The position numbers and the translations under genes were made by a program. From IMG/VR virus record IMGVR_UViG_3300032954_000018, positions 1 through 54,164 of that record: a stretch of 54,164 bases of DNA; one strand, given 5' to 3'. Source of the stretch: a virus (Duplodnaviria; Caudoviricetes). This document shows positions 17,070-26,551 of this stretch, piece by piece (within the stretch, counting starts at the first letter, position 1; every line of letters begins with the position of its first letter). Below the pieces are notes generated by a model. The model was given only the letters and a program-made list of their open reading frames with translations. It had not been told where the DNA came from and did no database searches.

Positions 17070-17258
17070 ATGTCTCTACAAGTGGTGAAGGCTTCCCAAA
17101 CAGGCTTCGCCCAAACCTTGGCAAAGCTCAACCTCTACGCAGAACTAACCGGCAAGACTATAGATCAATGCGTTATTGAGGCATTGACAGACTATGTAGA
17201 TACAGTAGTCGCGGCTAAAATTTCTCATTTTGAGAAACTGGAAGGCATAGCTGTCTAA
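17070..17258 (+). CDS. Ribbon-helix-helix-like small regulator (near-leaderless)
   Basis: L..YAELTGKTIDQCVIEALTDYV helix pair. Confidence 0.6.
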   Translation: MSLQVVKASQTGFAQTLAKLNLYAELTGKTIDQCVIEALTDYVDTVVAAKISHFEKLEGIAV

Positions 17259-17387
17259 ATGATTAACGCAAAGAGGGCTGGGTTGGTATGTGTGCTTTGA
17301 GCCTAAGCTTATCGGCATAGCTGCCTAGATGCTTCTAGGGAGTCGCTCTAGACAGACCGTACCAACCTTATCCTTCAGGAGACACCT

Positions 17388-17558
17388 TTGGCAAACAGAA
17401 CTCAGGCATTCGCTTTATTGCGCAACGAGGTAATAGAAAAAATAGCGGAGTGTGACACGACTCTAGATGTGCTCCGTAAAAAGGCAGGAGTCGTGCTCAA
17501 CAGGCGCGACGATCTTCTGGCTACCCTACGGGTGATCGACAGCCTCCGCATCAAGTAA
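17388..17558 (+). CDS. Small coiled-coil protein, 56 aa
   Basis: Hand translation MANRTQAFALLRNEVIEKIAEC...; AGGAG SD, TTG start. Confidence 0.55.
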   Translation: MANRTQAFALLRNEVIEKIAECDTTLDVLRKKAGVVLNRRDDLLATLRVIDSLRIK

Positions 17559-17595
17559 AACGTTTTATCTTGCCGGGAAAGTTCCACTAAATGGA

Positions 17596-17628
17596 AAATG
17601 CCCTAGAGCGGGAAACTCTAGGGCATTT
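17596..17628. terminator. Bidirectional terminator
   Basis: AAATGCCCTAGAG/CTCTAGGGCATTT perfect stem between convergent genes. Confidence 0.75.
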
Positions 17629-17677
17629 CATTGGGCGAGGAGTATAGAAGTGAGTCTATAGGCAGGAAAGGTTTAAA

Positions 17678-17890
17678 TTACCCGATATCGTCGGTATCGT
17701 CATCTACTCCATCGAGGATATCCGATATTGTATCGTCATCCATTTCATCTTCTTCGGAGTCCTCTCCTGCACTGCCGAGCAGTTCACGCTCCGCTGCTTC
17801 GAGCTTGGCTTCCTCGGTGTCAGGAGGGGTGTTTTCCGAAGCTAGATCGGGAATTGGTTGATCGTTGACCACTTCACGGGAAGTTTTCAT
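17678..17890 (-). CDS. Highly acidic small protein
   Basis: AGGAG SD; Asp/Glu-rich tail. Confidence 0.7.
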   Translation of the reverse strand: MKTSREVVNDQPIPDLASENTPPDTEEAKLEAAERELLGSAGEDSEEDEMDDDTISDILDGVDDDTDDIG

Positions 17891-17964
17891 GTTTTCTCCT
17901 TTAAGGTTAAGGGTTAAAGGTTATGGGGCTGTTATATAAACCAGCCCCATTCGGGGAGAACCCG

Positions 17965-18339
17965 TTACGCTGCGGAGAGTGCAGATTCGAACTGCGACTC
18001 CAAAGCGTTGATCTTGGCCGTCTCCTCGGGAGTAAGTGTCTCACCCGAGAAAAGCTTCTCCAAGATTGCGCTTCCCTCCTCCTCGGATACCGGAGCATCC
18101 GCAATCACCTTCTTTGCGGCTTGCTGCTTGGCAACGTGCTTGATGACCGTTTCCTTTGCAGTCCGGGGCGTGAGCGCAGCCTGCATTTCGAGAACTCTGG
18201 CCGTTTGTGCCGGATAAAGTTCCACTCCGAATACCAGACTGACGTAGATTTCGCAGTCCGGCCCGCTGATTGTGTTTCCTGCGGTTTGCTGCTGATCGAA
18301 GTAACGCTCCACAACGAGCAATTGTGCTTTCCTGTCCAT
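17965..18339 (-). CDS. Hypothetical protein
   Basis: GGAG SD before ATG 18339. Confidence 0.7.
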   Translation of the reverse strand: MDRKAQLLVVERYFDQQQTAGNTISGPDCEIYVSLVFGVELYPAQTARVLEMQAALTPRTAKETVIKHVAKQQAAKKVIADAPVSEEEGSAILEKLFSGETLTPEETAKINALESQFESALSAA

Positions 18340-18472
18340 GTTTTTCTCCCTTAACCGTTTCGCGCTTAGGCTATCTCTGAAGCCGCGCTTATTCAGCATA
18401 GAGACCTATTACTCTATGGACGGCAAAGGGGGGGGGGACCGTTTAACCAGTCCCCCCTTCCCCCCTTGAGCC

Positions 18473-18679
18473 TCAATGAACAGGGTTACGAGTGGCATGA
18501 GTCGGATGGATTTCAGAGTGCATCTCCTTGACTCGCGCTTCCTGATCGGGTCGAAGGTCTTCCAAGCAGTTGATAGCAAAGAAAAGATCACTGTCACTGG
18601 CCGATATGTCTTTACCGGCCTTACGCTGCTTCTCAGCCCACTCGTTGACGATGTTGCGCTCTGATTCACGATTTGCCAT
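18473..18679 (-). CDS. Hypothetical protein
   Basis: GGAGG SD; followed by G/C-rich hairpin at about 18425-18468. Confidence 0.65.
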   Translation of the reverse strand: MANRESERNIVNEWAEKQRKAGKDISASDSDLFFAINCLEDLRPDQEARVKEMHSEIHPTHATRNPVH

Positions 18680-19245
18680 GTTTTCCTCCAAATGCCGTTT
18701 CGCGCTTAACCTCTGGTTGCGCTCTTTCAGGATAGGAACCTATTATCCTATCGACGGCGGGGCCACAGTTAAGCGGCCCCTAAAAGCTACCGTGTGCAGA
18801 TTACCTTCATCGGATCATCCCGATCTTCAGGCTGTTTGAATATGAGTTTGCCGGGGCAGGGAGGGCCAAACAGATACATCTCCCAACTCCCATCAAGATG
18901 CTCTCTTACAAGAACATCGGCATCAGACTTGCGAGTAGCTGGATGCGCTGGAATAGCCATCAGAGTACAGGCTACAATCAGCAGCAGCAACAGCACGATA
19001 TACAATCCAACCATCTTATTCACGCTGGTCCCTCCTGTTTCCACCAGCATGTCTCGCAAAGATTCTTGGGATTCGGCTGGAGGATGGTTTGTCCGCAATT
19101 GCATACGGTCTTGACGTTGGTACGCTTCAGACCGGCGCGGTAAGTGGTAATGTATTCAGCAGGATATGCCGTGTGCTTGGCATCCATCTTGCCGATTTTG
19201 ACGGTCGGCACTTCAGCACTGCCCATGCGGATAGTGAGAACTGGT

Positions 19246-19518
19246 TTAGGCTTCATTCGGCCCTCCCATCTTCATGCCCGCTATGATTCCCAAAGCCAGA
19301 GTGTGGACGAGGAATATTTTCCATACTTCCTCACTATTTCGACCATCTTCTTTGAATACAGCCATAGCAGCGGATACAATGCTGCCCATTCCGCTGGCCT
19401 CTATGTTCTGTTCCAAGTCTAGGAGCAATAGTGGTTTTCCTGCATATGCACCACGCAGGTATTGCTCAGCCGCATTGAGTTGCTCGATGGTTATTTCTGG
19501 CATGTTTTGCACTCGCAT
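19246..19518 (-). CDS. Hypothetical protein
   Basis: Operon packing. Confidence 0.55.
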   Translation of the reverse strand: MRVQNMPEITIEQLNAAEQYLRGAYAGKPLLLLDLEQNIEASGMGSIVSAAMAVFKEDGRNSEEVWKIFLVHTLALGIIAGMKMGGPNEA

Positions 19519-19766
19519 CCTTCCTGCTTACCAAAGTGTGCATGGTAGCGGGCTATGGCATCGAAAACTTCATTCCGGTGAGCGTGATACTCTTCCGGAG
19601 ATACGTACTCAGTGAGCGTGACTTCACCAGAGGTATTACGTACAATGCTGTACAGACTAGGGTGAAGGCTAGACTGACGCAGTTTGGAATGGTTGTGGAA
19701 GGCAATTTCCTTCCTCATGGGTCGGTGGACCCCGTTATGTGCGCGGATAATGCTTCTAGTTTCCAC
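19491..19766 (-). CDS. Hypothetical protein
   Basis: Operon packing; H...H...CECKTC tail. Confidence 0.55.
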   Translation of the reverse strand: METRSIIRAHNGVHRPMRKEIAFHNHSKLRQSSLHPSLYSIVRNTSGEVTLTEYVSPEEYHAHRNEVFDAIARYHAHFGKQEGCECKTCQK

Positions 19767-20040
19767 TGGTCACTATTTCTCCATTCGCGATTTGTTCTAC
19801 AGCACCAACCAAGGTATCTGCGATGTTTGACTCGTAGTCAGAAACAGCAAGGCCATTCAAACTACAGAGTTTGTAAAGTATCAGCCGGACGATTGGATTC
19901 TGATTAACCCAATCAGTTCCTTTGCCGTACCCTTCTATCCAGATAGCGTCCATAACCTCGGGGAGATCATGGACGACACCTGAAAGATTCGAGGCATCCT
20001 GCACTTGCAATGCCAGTTGAGCAGCCTCACGGTAAGTCAT
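19756..20040 (-). CDS. Phage hypothetical protein
   Basis: GGAGG SD; A..AL.VQDA.NLSGV pattern. Confidence 0.7.
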   Translation of the reverse strand: MTYREAAQLALQVQDASNLSGVVHDLPEVMDAIWIEGYGKGTDWVNQNPIVRLILYKLCSLNGLAVSDYESNIADTLVGAVEQIANGEIVTSGN

Positions 20041-20236
20041 TCTTTCCCTCCATCAGCCCTCCGGATAGAAAACACCCGATGAGCAGGAAAGTTGTAAGGC
20101 CTTGTTTGCCCTTGGATGGCCAGAGTAAGCCATCCAGATAGATGAGCATGAGTCTGGATGCCAATGACTAACAGCCATCGGCCTCCAAACTCAATCCTGT
20201 CCCCTATATTGACAGTTGAGAGCATGTCGGTGTCCA

Positions 20237-20545
20237 TCAATGCCTCACGTTTCTTTCGATCTTTTCCCAATCGATAGGGCCGATAGTACGCAGGTTGTTT
20301 TGCCCATGGTCGGCACTCAATCTGCGATTAACCGGATGCTTGTTGACGTTGAAGTTCCAAGCAGTAGGCAGGATGATCTTGTCATTCCGCTTGGATTTTG
20401 GCCAACGGGCATTAGTCCATTGGGCTATTGTTTCAAGCAATCCAAATCCATAGAGGATTGCCACAGCGATAACACCAAGGCAGGTTAACTGCCCTATTGT
20501 TATCAACGGTGCTGCTTGTACGTAATCCCGAACAACGTCTAACAT
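20237..20545 (-). CDS. Membrane-anchored hypothetical protein
   Basis: GGAGG SD; one TM segment. Confidence 0.6.
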   Translation of the reverse strand: MLDVVRDYVQAAPLITIGQLTCLGVIAVAILYGFGLLETIAQWTNARWPKSKRNDKIILPTAWNFNVNKHPVNRRLSADHGQNNLRTIGPIDWEKIERNVRH

Positions 20546-20570
20546 GTTGTCCTCCCCTAGCTAGATATTC

Positions 20571-21068
20571 TTACTCCCCCTCCTGCCTAACAAAGTCAAA
20601 GGTTGAGAAAATATCATCCTGCCAGTCTACGCCGAATAGTTGACGGAATGGATAGTCTTTCAGCATTCTGTCCTGCACCATCTTACCGGCCCGGTAGAGG
20701 CCAGACAGTTGACTTGTCAGTTTCTCGACAATCATCCACTGTCGTTCTCTTTCAGCAGTTTGTTTTTCCGTAGTCTTTTCGGCAAAGATAGTTGCCAAAG
20801 ACAGCATTACATCCCGATCTCGCCAGTCGATAAACTGGAGACCTTTGACGGGACGGAACATCCGCAGACGTGCAGCCTGTTCGTAGAAAGGTTTGTTATC
20901 CAAGATGTAGGTAATGCGGACTTCAGCAGGCTCAGTTAGAGCCTCGATTATCCGCCCATGGTGGCAGAAATTCACCAGATCGCCTATCTCGCTGAGTTGG
21001 AAGGCTTTCCGGCAATCCTCTGCCTCTTCTGCGATGGACTTCAGTACGATTGGTTCCATTGGTTTCAT
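20571..21068 (-). CDS. Hypothetical protein
   Basis: AGGAGG SD; CHH...E.LTEP...RI.YI...KP..E...RLR.F pattern. Confidence 0.75.
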   Translation of the reverse strand: MKPMEPIVLKSIAEEAEDCRKAFQLSEIGDLVNFCHHGRIIEALTEPAEVRITYILDNKPFYEQAARLRMFRPVKGLQFIDWRDRDVMLSLATIFAEKTTEKQTAERERQWMIVEKLTSQLSGLYRAGKMVQDRMLKDYPFRQLFGVDWQDDIFSTFDFVRQEGE

Positions 21069-21078
21069 TACTTCCTCC

Positions 21079-21429
21079 TTAGCTATGGGTATAGCCGTCT
21101 TTCTCTATCCCCAAGAACATTCCTGCCCATGCCAAACCACAGTAATCGCCGTAGTTTTCGACGGAGTTAAACATCCTGACAAAATTACCTATGGTGCTGG
21201 AACGAAAATAGATAGCTATAATCGCTCCAAACTGCTCAACTGTCATCCAGTCGGGTTTTTCCACAAGTGGAGAATCTTTACGCCAGTAGTCCAATCCTAC
21301 AGACCATCCCAGCGTATAAGTGGCCAGAAGATCACGCCGGATGTGCTGCGGATCAAGAATACAACCCGCAGCACCCTGCTTCTGGCCAGCCATAAAAGCC
21401 TCAAATCGAGTGGTCATTTCGCAATTCAT
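21079..21429 (-). CDS. Phage hypothetical protein
   Basis: C-terminal W.GMFLGIE.DGYTHS. Confidence 0.7.
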   Translation of the reverse strand: MNCEMTTRFEAFMAGQKQGAAGCILDPQHIRRDLLATYTLGWSVGLDYWRKDSPLVEKPDWMTVEQFGAIIAIYFRSSTIGNFVRMFNSVENYGDYCGLAWAGMFLGIEKDGYTHS

Positions 21430-21567
21430 CGTTAAACTCCAGCTTATACATCCGGTTGATTTGTTCTTGCTGTTCCATGCGGTCCTTTAGCTGAGTAGCC
21501 GCAGGACCTTGCATGTCATCTAGGAAACGCTTAATAGCGTTCCATAGGGCTTTGTCAACGGGCAGAA

Positions 21568-22401
21568 TCATACCAGAACCTCCATTGTGATGTGGTCAAT
21601 GATTTGCTTGGCAGTATCCCGAATTGTTTGGAGAGAATCCTTAATCTGCGTAGCTGTAGCATTCCACGCAGCAAGGTAGAATTGGGAGGGCTGCTCAACG
21701 CCGAAATACTGCATAACCATATAGCTTACAGATTCGGCCTCAAGTTCACGCTGTTCTTTGCTTGGCGGTCTCTCCGGGTTAAAATGGCGATGGTGCAATA
21801 ACTCATGGGCTAACTCATGGGCTAATGTGCCAGCCTGTTCCATGCTGAGCATGGATTTTCTAATCTTGATTTGGTGGTTCGAAGAGGAGGAACCTTTGGT
21901 ACCCTCGGGGAGATTGTCTGTATATTCAATATCAGCACCAATCTCCTTAGCCGCTGATTCTAAAGCAGCTACAATCATCGAACCATCCCCATCAGCCCGA
22001 TACTTAACATCAAGATCAGGCAAAGGCTCACCCTCGGTATCTGATACGTCGAAAACGTACACAGCCCGAAACCCATACAATCTGCTGGATTTAGGATCGT
22101 TGGGGTCATAGTTTGGGTCATCGGGCTTGATCTTAGCCAGCAACGGGGCTAGGATAGAAATACCCTTTGCACCCTTCTTAACATTCCGGTTAAGAGTCTT
22201 CCAAGTATTAAATTCCGCAACCCGCGTAGCATCGGGACGTTGCATCCAGATAAGTATCTGGTTACCCCATGAATACTCATGGAATGCCGCGCTAGTACGC
22301 AGATAAGCTTTAAACAACTCAGTCTGCGCAGCAGCATCGGTCATGCTAGCCAGATTCTCTATCCAGCCGTCGATTTTGGCTAGAAGAATCTTACTGTCCA
22401 T
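21568..22401 (-). CDS. ArdC-like ssDNA-binding domain fused to zincin metallopeptidase
   Basis: YS..N..LI..Q.P.AT.V..F..W....R.VKKG.KGI.I..P, VFDVSDT, HELAH and E.EAE motifs. Confidence 0.88.
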   Translation of the reverse strand: MDSKILLAKIDGWIENLASMTDAAAQTELFKAYLRTSAAFHEYSWGNQILIWMQRPDATRVAEFNTWKTLNRNVKKGAKGISILAPLLAKIKPDDPNYDPNDPKSSRLYGFRAVYVFDVSDTEGEPLPDLDVKYRADGDGSMIVAALESAAKEIGADIEYTDNLPEGTKGSSSSNHQIKIRKSMLSMEQAGTLAHELAHELLHHRHFNPERPPSKEQRELEAESVSYMVMQYFGVEQPSQFYLAAWNATATQIKDSLQTIRDTAKQIIDHITMEVLV

Positions 22402-22588
22402 TGGCCACCCTCTCAATCATCCGGATCAATAGGCTCATCCACATCATCCTGAGAATACGGCCTATCCATAATCTCAGGGCGATACTGCGATCTCTTCTTA
22501 CTCTCGCAGTCCTCGCAGACATAATCACAGAAAATTCCGTTACCATCGTAGAGTGGATAACGAAACTTTCCAGACCCACACCGGCAAG

Positions 22589-22819
22589 TCATTCTGCATC
22601 CTCCTTAGACAGCGTGTTTGTCAGTTTCCTGAAATAATATTCAGAAAAAGCAAACAGCATCATGATTACTACCCACACAACCATACCACCAGCAACCTTG
22701 AAGATCACCAAAGCCTGAATGTCATCAGCGGTCAGCAGGTAATAAACCAGCCAACCAATCAAGGTCCAGTGGCCTAAGTTCGTTGCTTGCACCCACTTAC
22801 GAAACATTCGAACCTCCAT
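22589..22819 (-). CDS. Small membrane protein
   Basis: Two hydrophobic segments. Confidence 0.55.
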   Translation of the reverse strand: MEVRMFRKWVQATNLGHWTLIGWLVYYLLTADDIQALVIFKVAGGMVVWVVIMMLFAFSEYYFRKLTNTLSKEDAE

Positions 22820-22994
22820 CCTTTACAGGACGAATTTCAATGAGCTTACCGTTCCTGTATTCATAGGTAAGCCCATGCATCTTGGCAACTTGAGTAGGGA
22901 TGGGCAACCACATATTCACAAACCGCAAGGGAGGAACACAGATCATGCGCGACCCAATCCCATCGGCCCAATGAACTCGCAGATTTATTTTCAT
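22797..22994 (-). CDS. Hypothetical protein
   Basis: First ORF after promoter 23033-23061. Confidence 0.55.
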   Translation of the reverse strand: MKINLRVHWADGIGSRMICVPPLRFVNMWLPIPTQVAKMHGLTYEYRNGKLIEIRPVKDGGSNVS

Positions 22995-23032
22995 GCTGTT
23001 CCGGCTCCCGTCCGAAGAAACGTGCTCCGGAT

Positions 23033-23133
23033 ATCACAGCACGATTTTTTTTCGATGTCAACAAAAATCGTAAACGACTGAAAACAAAACGTTTATGAAG
23101 CGTTTACAAAAGATTTCCACAACGTTTTCCACA
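23033..23133 (-). promoter_or_regulatory. sigma70 promoter with upstream pair of DnaA-box-like sites
   Basis: TTGACA-17-TGTGAT; ATTTCCACA 23113-23121 and TTTTCCACA 23125-23133. Confidence 0.6.
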
Positions 23134-23276
23134 TTTCACAAATGCAAATAATTATGGCACTGCACTCTGAATGATTTGGCACGGCACAGCTTGCTATACG
23201 ACTCTGGCCGCGCAGGCAGGGCAAGGTAACCAGCCGGGGTAACCAGTAACCACGTTACCCTATTACCATGCTAAAG

Positions 23277-23297
23277 TTCTCAGATTGAGAAATTTAA
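23277..23297. repeat. Operator-like palindrome (degenerate copy)
   Basis: TTCTCAGATTGAGAAATTTAA versus TTCTCAATTTGAGAAATTTAA. Confidence 0.65.
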
Positions 23298-23476
23298 ACT
23301 AAATCGATTTACCTCGTTTTAGAACGTGCTACCCTACATTCGGACCCGTAGAAATGCAGCTAAAACGTTTTACCGTGCGTCTAATCTGTCCTGTAGACTC
23401 GGATCACACCCTACAAATCCCTTGCCGACTGTACCTCAGATATAATCAAGTAGAATACTACATAGGGTATACAGGC

Positions 23477-23512
23477 AAAAAAAATAGCCTAGGCTTTGAG
23501 GGCCTAGGCTTT
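23477..23512 (-). terminator. Intrinsic terminator
   Basis: AGCCTAGGC/GCCTAGGCT stem with T-run on minus strand. Confidence 0.7.
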
Positions 23513-23527
23513 GGAGTTTTGATTGTT

Positions 23528-24031
23528 TCAGCCGATGGTAATTGGCTTGATCGACTTGAGAACTGATTCGGGTGATTCCCACTTTTCATTTTTCGGGTAG
23601 AGCATAACGTCTTTCGTGGCCATGTCCTTGCCCGTTGTCCAAGCTGCTTCCCACGCTAGCCGTGCTTGGCTCTTTGGTGCTGACTTGCTTTTTTGCTCGG
23701 GTATGTCATCGAAACCTGTAACCTTCGATGCATATTCGTAAGCAAAGGCCCCGATGCGCAACGCGTTAGCCTTTTTCGGGTCTTTCAAAGCCTCAACTGC
23801 AATTTGTGCGGCTTTGATAAGCTTCGGAACCCCGGCAGGATGCAACGACAAAGGCATTCTACCCGTCACATTCCGGAGAGCTAAAGCACCCTTGCCGAAG
23901 TCCGGAACATCAGCGGTGATGTTCGCAGTCTGTTGCTCTTCCAAGGCAGCAAGCTTAGCTTTGGTTTGCTCCAGTTCCGCCATTACGTCATCGATTGTAC
24001 GACGCTGATTCGATTGATTTTGCTGTGACAT
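23528..24031 (-). CDS. Hypothetical protein, first gene of left arm
   Basis: Long Ala-rich ORF with N-terminal coiled coil, followed by terminator. Confidence 0.75.
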   Translation of the reverse strand: MSQQNQSNQRRTIDDVMAELEQTKAKLAALEEQQTANITADVPDFGKGALALRNVTGRMPLSLHPAGVPKLIKAAQIAVEALKDPKKANALRIGAFAYEYASKVTGFDDIPEQKSKSAPKSQARLAWEAAWTTGKDMATKDVMLYPKNEKWESPESVLKSIKPITIG

Positions 24032-24064
24032 AAAAGGAGTCTCCTTTGTGCTGTAAGGTAGCAC

Positions 24065-24948
24065 TTACCAGTTAGTTAGCGGGATGCTAACAGGGGAGAA
24101 TAACTCCCCATTGAGCACGATAGACTGTAAGAACATAGTGAATTAGATCACTAAGTTCTTGGGAATCTATCACTTGGCTTGATTCCTGATACTCTTGAGA
24201 ACTACAGGTATCAGAACCCAAACCACGACTAAGTACAAGGGATTGTGGAACATACACTGTTTTATCCTCCCCTGTTATCATCCCACTAGTTTTCAAACAT
24301 CGGTACGCCGTCACCCTAGGGTGGAGCGGAAAAAATTCTGAGGAAACAGTACCGGAATTCGAGAAACATTTTCAAGTGTTTTGTTCGAAGTACATGTCGA
24401 ATCAATCGATTGCGACGAAATGTTAAAGGAGATTTCCACAGGTTTTCCACAGCAACTTTTTTAGGGGACGTAAGTTGTTTAGAATCAATGACTTGACTTC
24501 AGTGATATACGAATTTGGCTGATTTTCGCAGGATGAGATCGATTTGAGTATGTATGTTCCTAAATTGTGTTGATAACAAACGACTTAGCAGGATGCAACC
24601 CAAGCAAATAGGCTAGTCTAGGCCAGATTGTGAGGTTATAGGCTAGATAGATAGCTTAGGATGTGAGATTACTGAGTCTTAAGGTGCCTGATAGCTAAGT
24701 TGAGTGCCTTGAGTGCTTTAGATAGGCTGAGATGGTACCTTACCACCCTTTTTTAGCTTAGGGGGTATGCCGAAGCCCCCTCGCCTGTCGCGCCAGTGAT
24801 CTCACTGACTTGACACCCCACACTCCTTTTTTCCTTTATCTACCTGAAAACAAACGATTTACGCCTAAAAGACACCAAAATACGCCCATATACGGACTTA
24901 ACATTATTAGGTGACTCTCGGGACCGTACTTAACAATGTTAAGTGGTA
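24065..24948. other. Non-coding divergence zone (candidate origin or genome end)
   Basis: No credible ORF; DnaA-box-like pair 24432-24451; IHF consensus AATCAATGACTTG 24483-24495; short degenerate repeats 24609-24730. Confidence 0.5.
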
Positions 24949-24975
24949 GCTTAAATTTCTCAAATTGAGAAAAAC
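24949..24975. repeat. 27-bp palindromic operator-like site (copy 2)
   Basis: Exact reverse complement of 2632-2658; just upstream of -35. Confidence 0.8.
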
Positions 24976-24988
24976 CCTTCTTCCCTTC

Positions 24989-25017
24989 TTGACAAAACCT
25001 CCTAACTCCTGTATAAT
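24989..25017 (+). promoter_or_regulatory. Consensus sigma70 promoter, leaderless transcript
   Basis: TTGACA-17-TATAAT; ATG 25024 at the expected +1. Confidence 0.85.
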
Positions 25018-25023
25018 GTAAGT

Positions 25024-25233
25024 ATGCTTAGAATAGAGTGGATTTGTGACAAGTGCAGTAAGCAGATTTGTTTGGAGTCTCCCCCTGTGTCTGATTCCTA
25101 CGAGCTATACCATCCCGATGGGGTTCACTGGTTTGCCGAGGAGGATAAGGAGTTTGAGTACTGTGAGGAGTGTTTTAACCTCTGGTGGGAAGAAGAACTT
25201 AGAAAAAATCCAGATTCGGTGTGGATAGCATGA
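25024..25233 (+). CDS. Small CxxC zinc-binding protein
   Basis: CDKC...CEEC. Confidence 0.7.
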   Translation: MLRIEWICDKCSKQICLESPPVSDSYELYHPDGVHWFAEEDKEFEYCEECFNLWWEEELRKNPDSVWIA

Positions 25234-25469
25234 TAATAGGACGACACGATCCTTCTTCTCTTTCCCATGCTTATTGGAAACTTAAACACGGCGAACTTGA
25301 GGAAAAATTCCAGAAAGTGGAAAAAGAACTCAAACAGGCACAGGATAAGATTGCCGAACAAGAACAGGTCATACAGGGGATGAAGACCATTATGGAGGGG
25401 TTTGGGATTGTGTTTGGGGCGACTTTCGAGAAAAAGGAGCAAGAGGATTATCCTTTTGATAAACTATGA
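25221..25469 (+). CDS. Coiled-coil hypothetical protein
   Basis: Overlapping operon packing. Confidence 0.65.
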   Translation: MDSMIIGRHDPSSLSHAYWKLKHGELEEKFQKVEKELKQAQDKIAEQEQVIQGMKTIMEGFGIVFGATFEKKEQEDYPFDKL

Positions 25470-25690
25470 AAGTGACCCAAGTTAAACTCCAGACTTACCC
25501 AGAGCCATTCTACAAAATGGTGACTTGGCTCAACGGAACCCAGAAATCTCTTCGAAAAGGAATGATGGTTACCCTCGAAAATGACCGATCTTGGAAGGGT
25601 ATGTGGAAGATACTGGAGGTTTACAGCACCCAAGATTACTACGAGATCAACCACAAATGGGGAGTTGGGGGACGAAAGAAAAAGAAATGA
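25466..25690 (+). CDS. Hypothetical protein
   Basis: ATGA overlaps at both ends. Confidence 0.7.
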   Translation: MKVTQVKLQTYPEPFYKMVTWLNGTQKSLRKGMMVTLENDRSWKGMWKILEVYSTQDYYEINHKWGVGGRKKKK

Positions 25691-26316
25691 TTTGGTTTAC
25701 GGCAGACGAACATTACGGCCACGAGAACATTATCAAGTTCTGTCACCGGCCTTTCAAGGATACCTCCCACATGCGGGAGGAGCTAATCCGCAGGAACAAT
25801 CTGGTCGTCAAGGATGGGGATATTGTCTACCATGTCGGGGATATGTTCTGGAATACACAGAGTTTAGAGGATTGTTTGGGGATCATGGACCGGCTAAAAG
25901 GGGACCATGTGTATGTTTTTGGGAACCACGAAAAGCCGATGAAGGCGTATGAGGAACTCAGGAATAGGTTTATCGGGGTCCGTGATGTGGAAATCTTGCA
26001 TCCTAAGGACACCCCCTCGATCCATCTATACCACTTCGCTCTAAGGGTATGGGAGCAATCTCATCGCGGCGGGTACCATCTCTACGGGCATACCCACGCG
26101 GCTTTGGCTCCCTACGGTCTGAGTTTCGATTGTGGGGTAGATGCCCACAGTTTCTATCCAATCTCCCTTACTGAAGTGCATAACACTATGCAAAGAAGGA
26201 AAGCAATACTCAACGTTACCATCCTTACCTGCGAAACCTGCGGGAATCAGTACGAGGCGATAGGGGATCATAAGGGAGCAAAATCCTGTACTAAATGCTG
26301 TGGAAAGATGGTCTAA
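25687..26316 (+). CDS. Calcineurin-like metallophosphoesterase
   Basis: D.H.GH, GD, GNHE, H, GHTH motifs; C-terminal zinc ribbon. Confidence 0.9.
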   Translation: MIWFTADEHYGHENIIKFCHRPFKDTSHMREELIRRNNLVVKDGDIVYHVGDMFWNTQSLEDCLGIMDRLKGDHVYVFGNHEKPMKAYEELRNRFIGVRDVEILHPKDTPSIHLYHFALRVWEQSHRGGYHLYGHTHAALAPYGLSFDCGVDAHSFYPISLTEVHNTMQRRKAILNVTILTCETCGNQYEAIGDHKGAKSCTKCCGKMV

Positions 26317-26454
26317 TGAGACGGGAAGCCTCAGATTGGTGGATGTTGGCCTTAATAATCTGTCTTGCCATTACCATTTTTGCTCACATAATGCAGATGC
26401 TTGGATTTAACTAAAGTTTGGGACAGCAGGCGGAACTTGTACAATGTCCCAAGT

Positions 26455-26551
26455 AGCGGGTATGGTGTGTGGTTCACCCGAGGTAGCTCCTCGATGCGGT
26501 TCGAATCCGCTTAGTCCATGGAGGGCACGGGGTTCAAATCCCCACCCGCTA
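26455..26551 (+). ncRNA. tRNA-like RNA with two T-arms and no canonical anticodon loop
   Basis: AGCGGGT/ACCCGCT-A acceptor; GGTG/CACC D-arm; GCGG-TTCGAAT-CCGC and GGGG-TTCAAAT-CCCC. Confidence 0.7.

Noticed and set aside
21531-21558. Additional leftward promoter
   Set aside because: TTGACA is present but the -10 is weak with a 16-nt spacer; not listed as a feature
23155-23196. sigma54 promoter (TGGCAC...TTGC)
   Set aside because: GG-to-GC spacing does not fit the required 10 nt in any register
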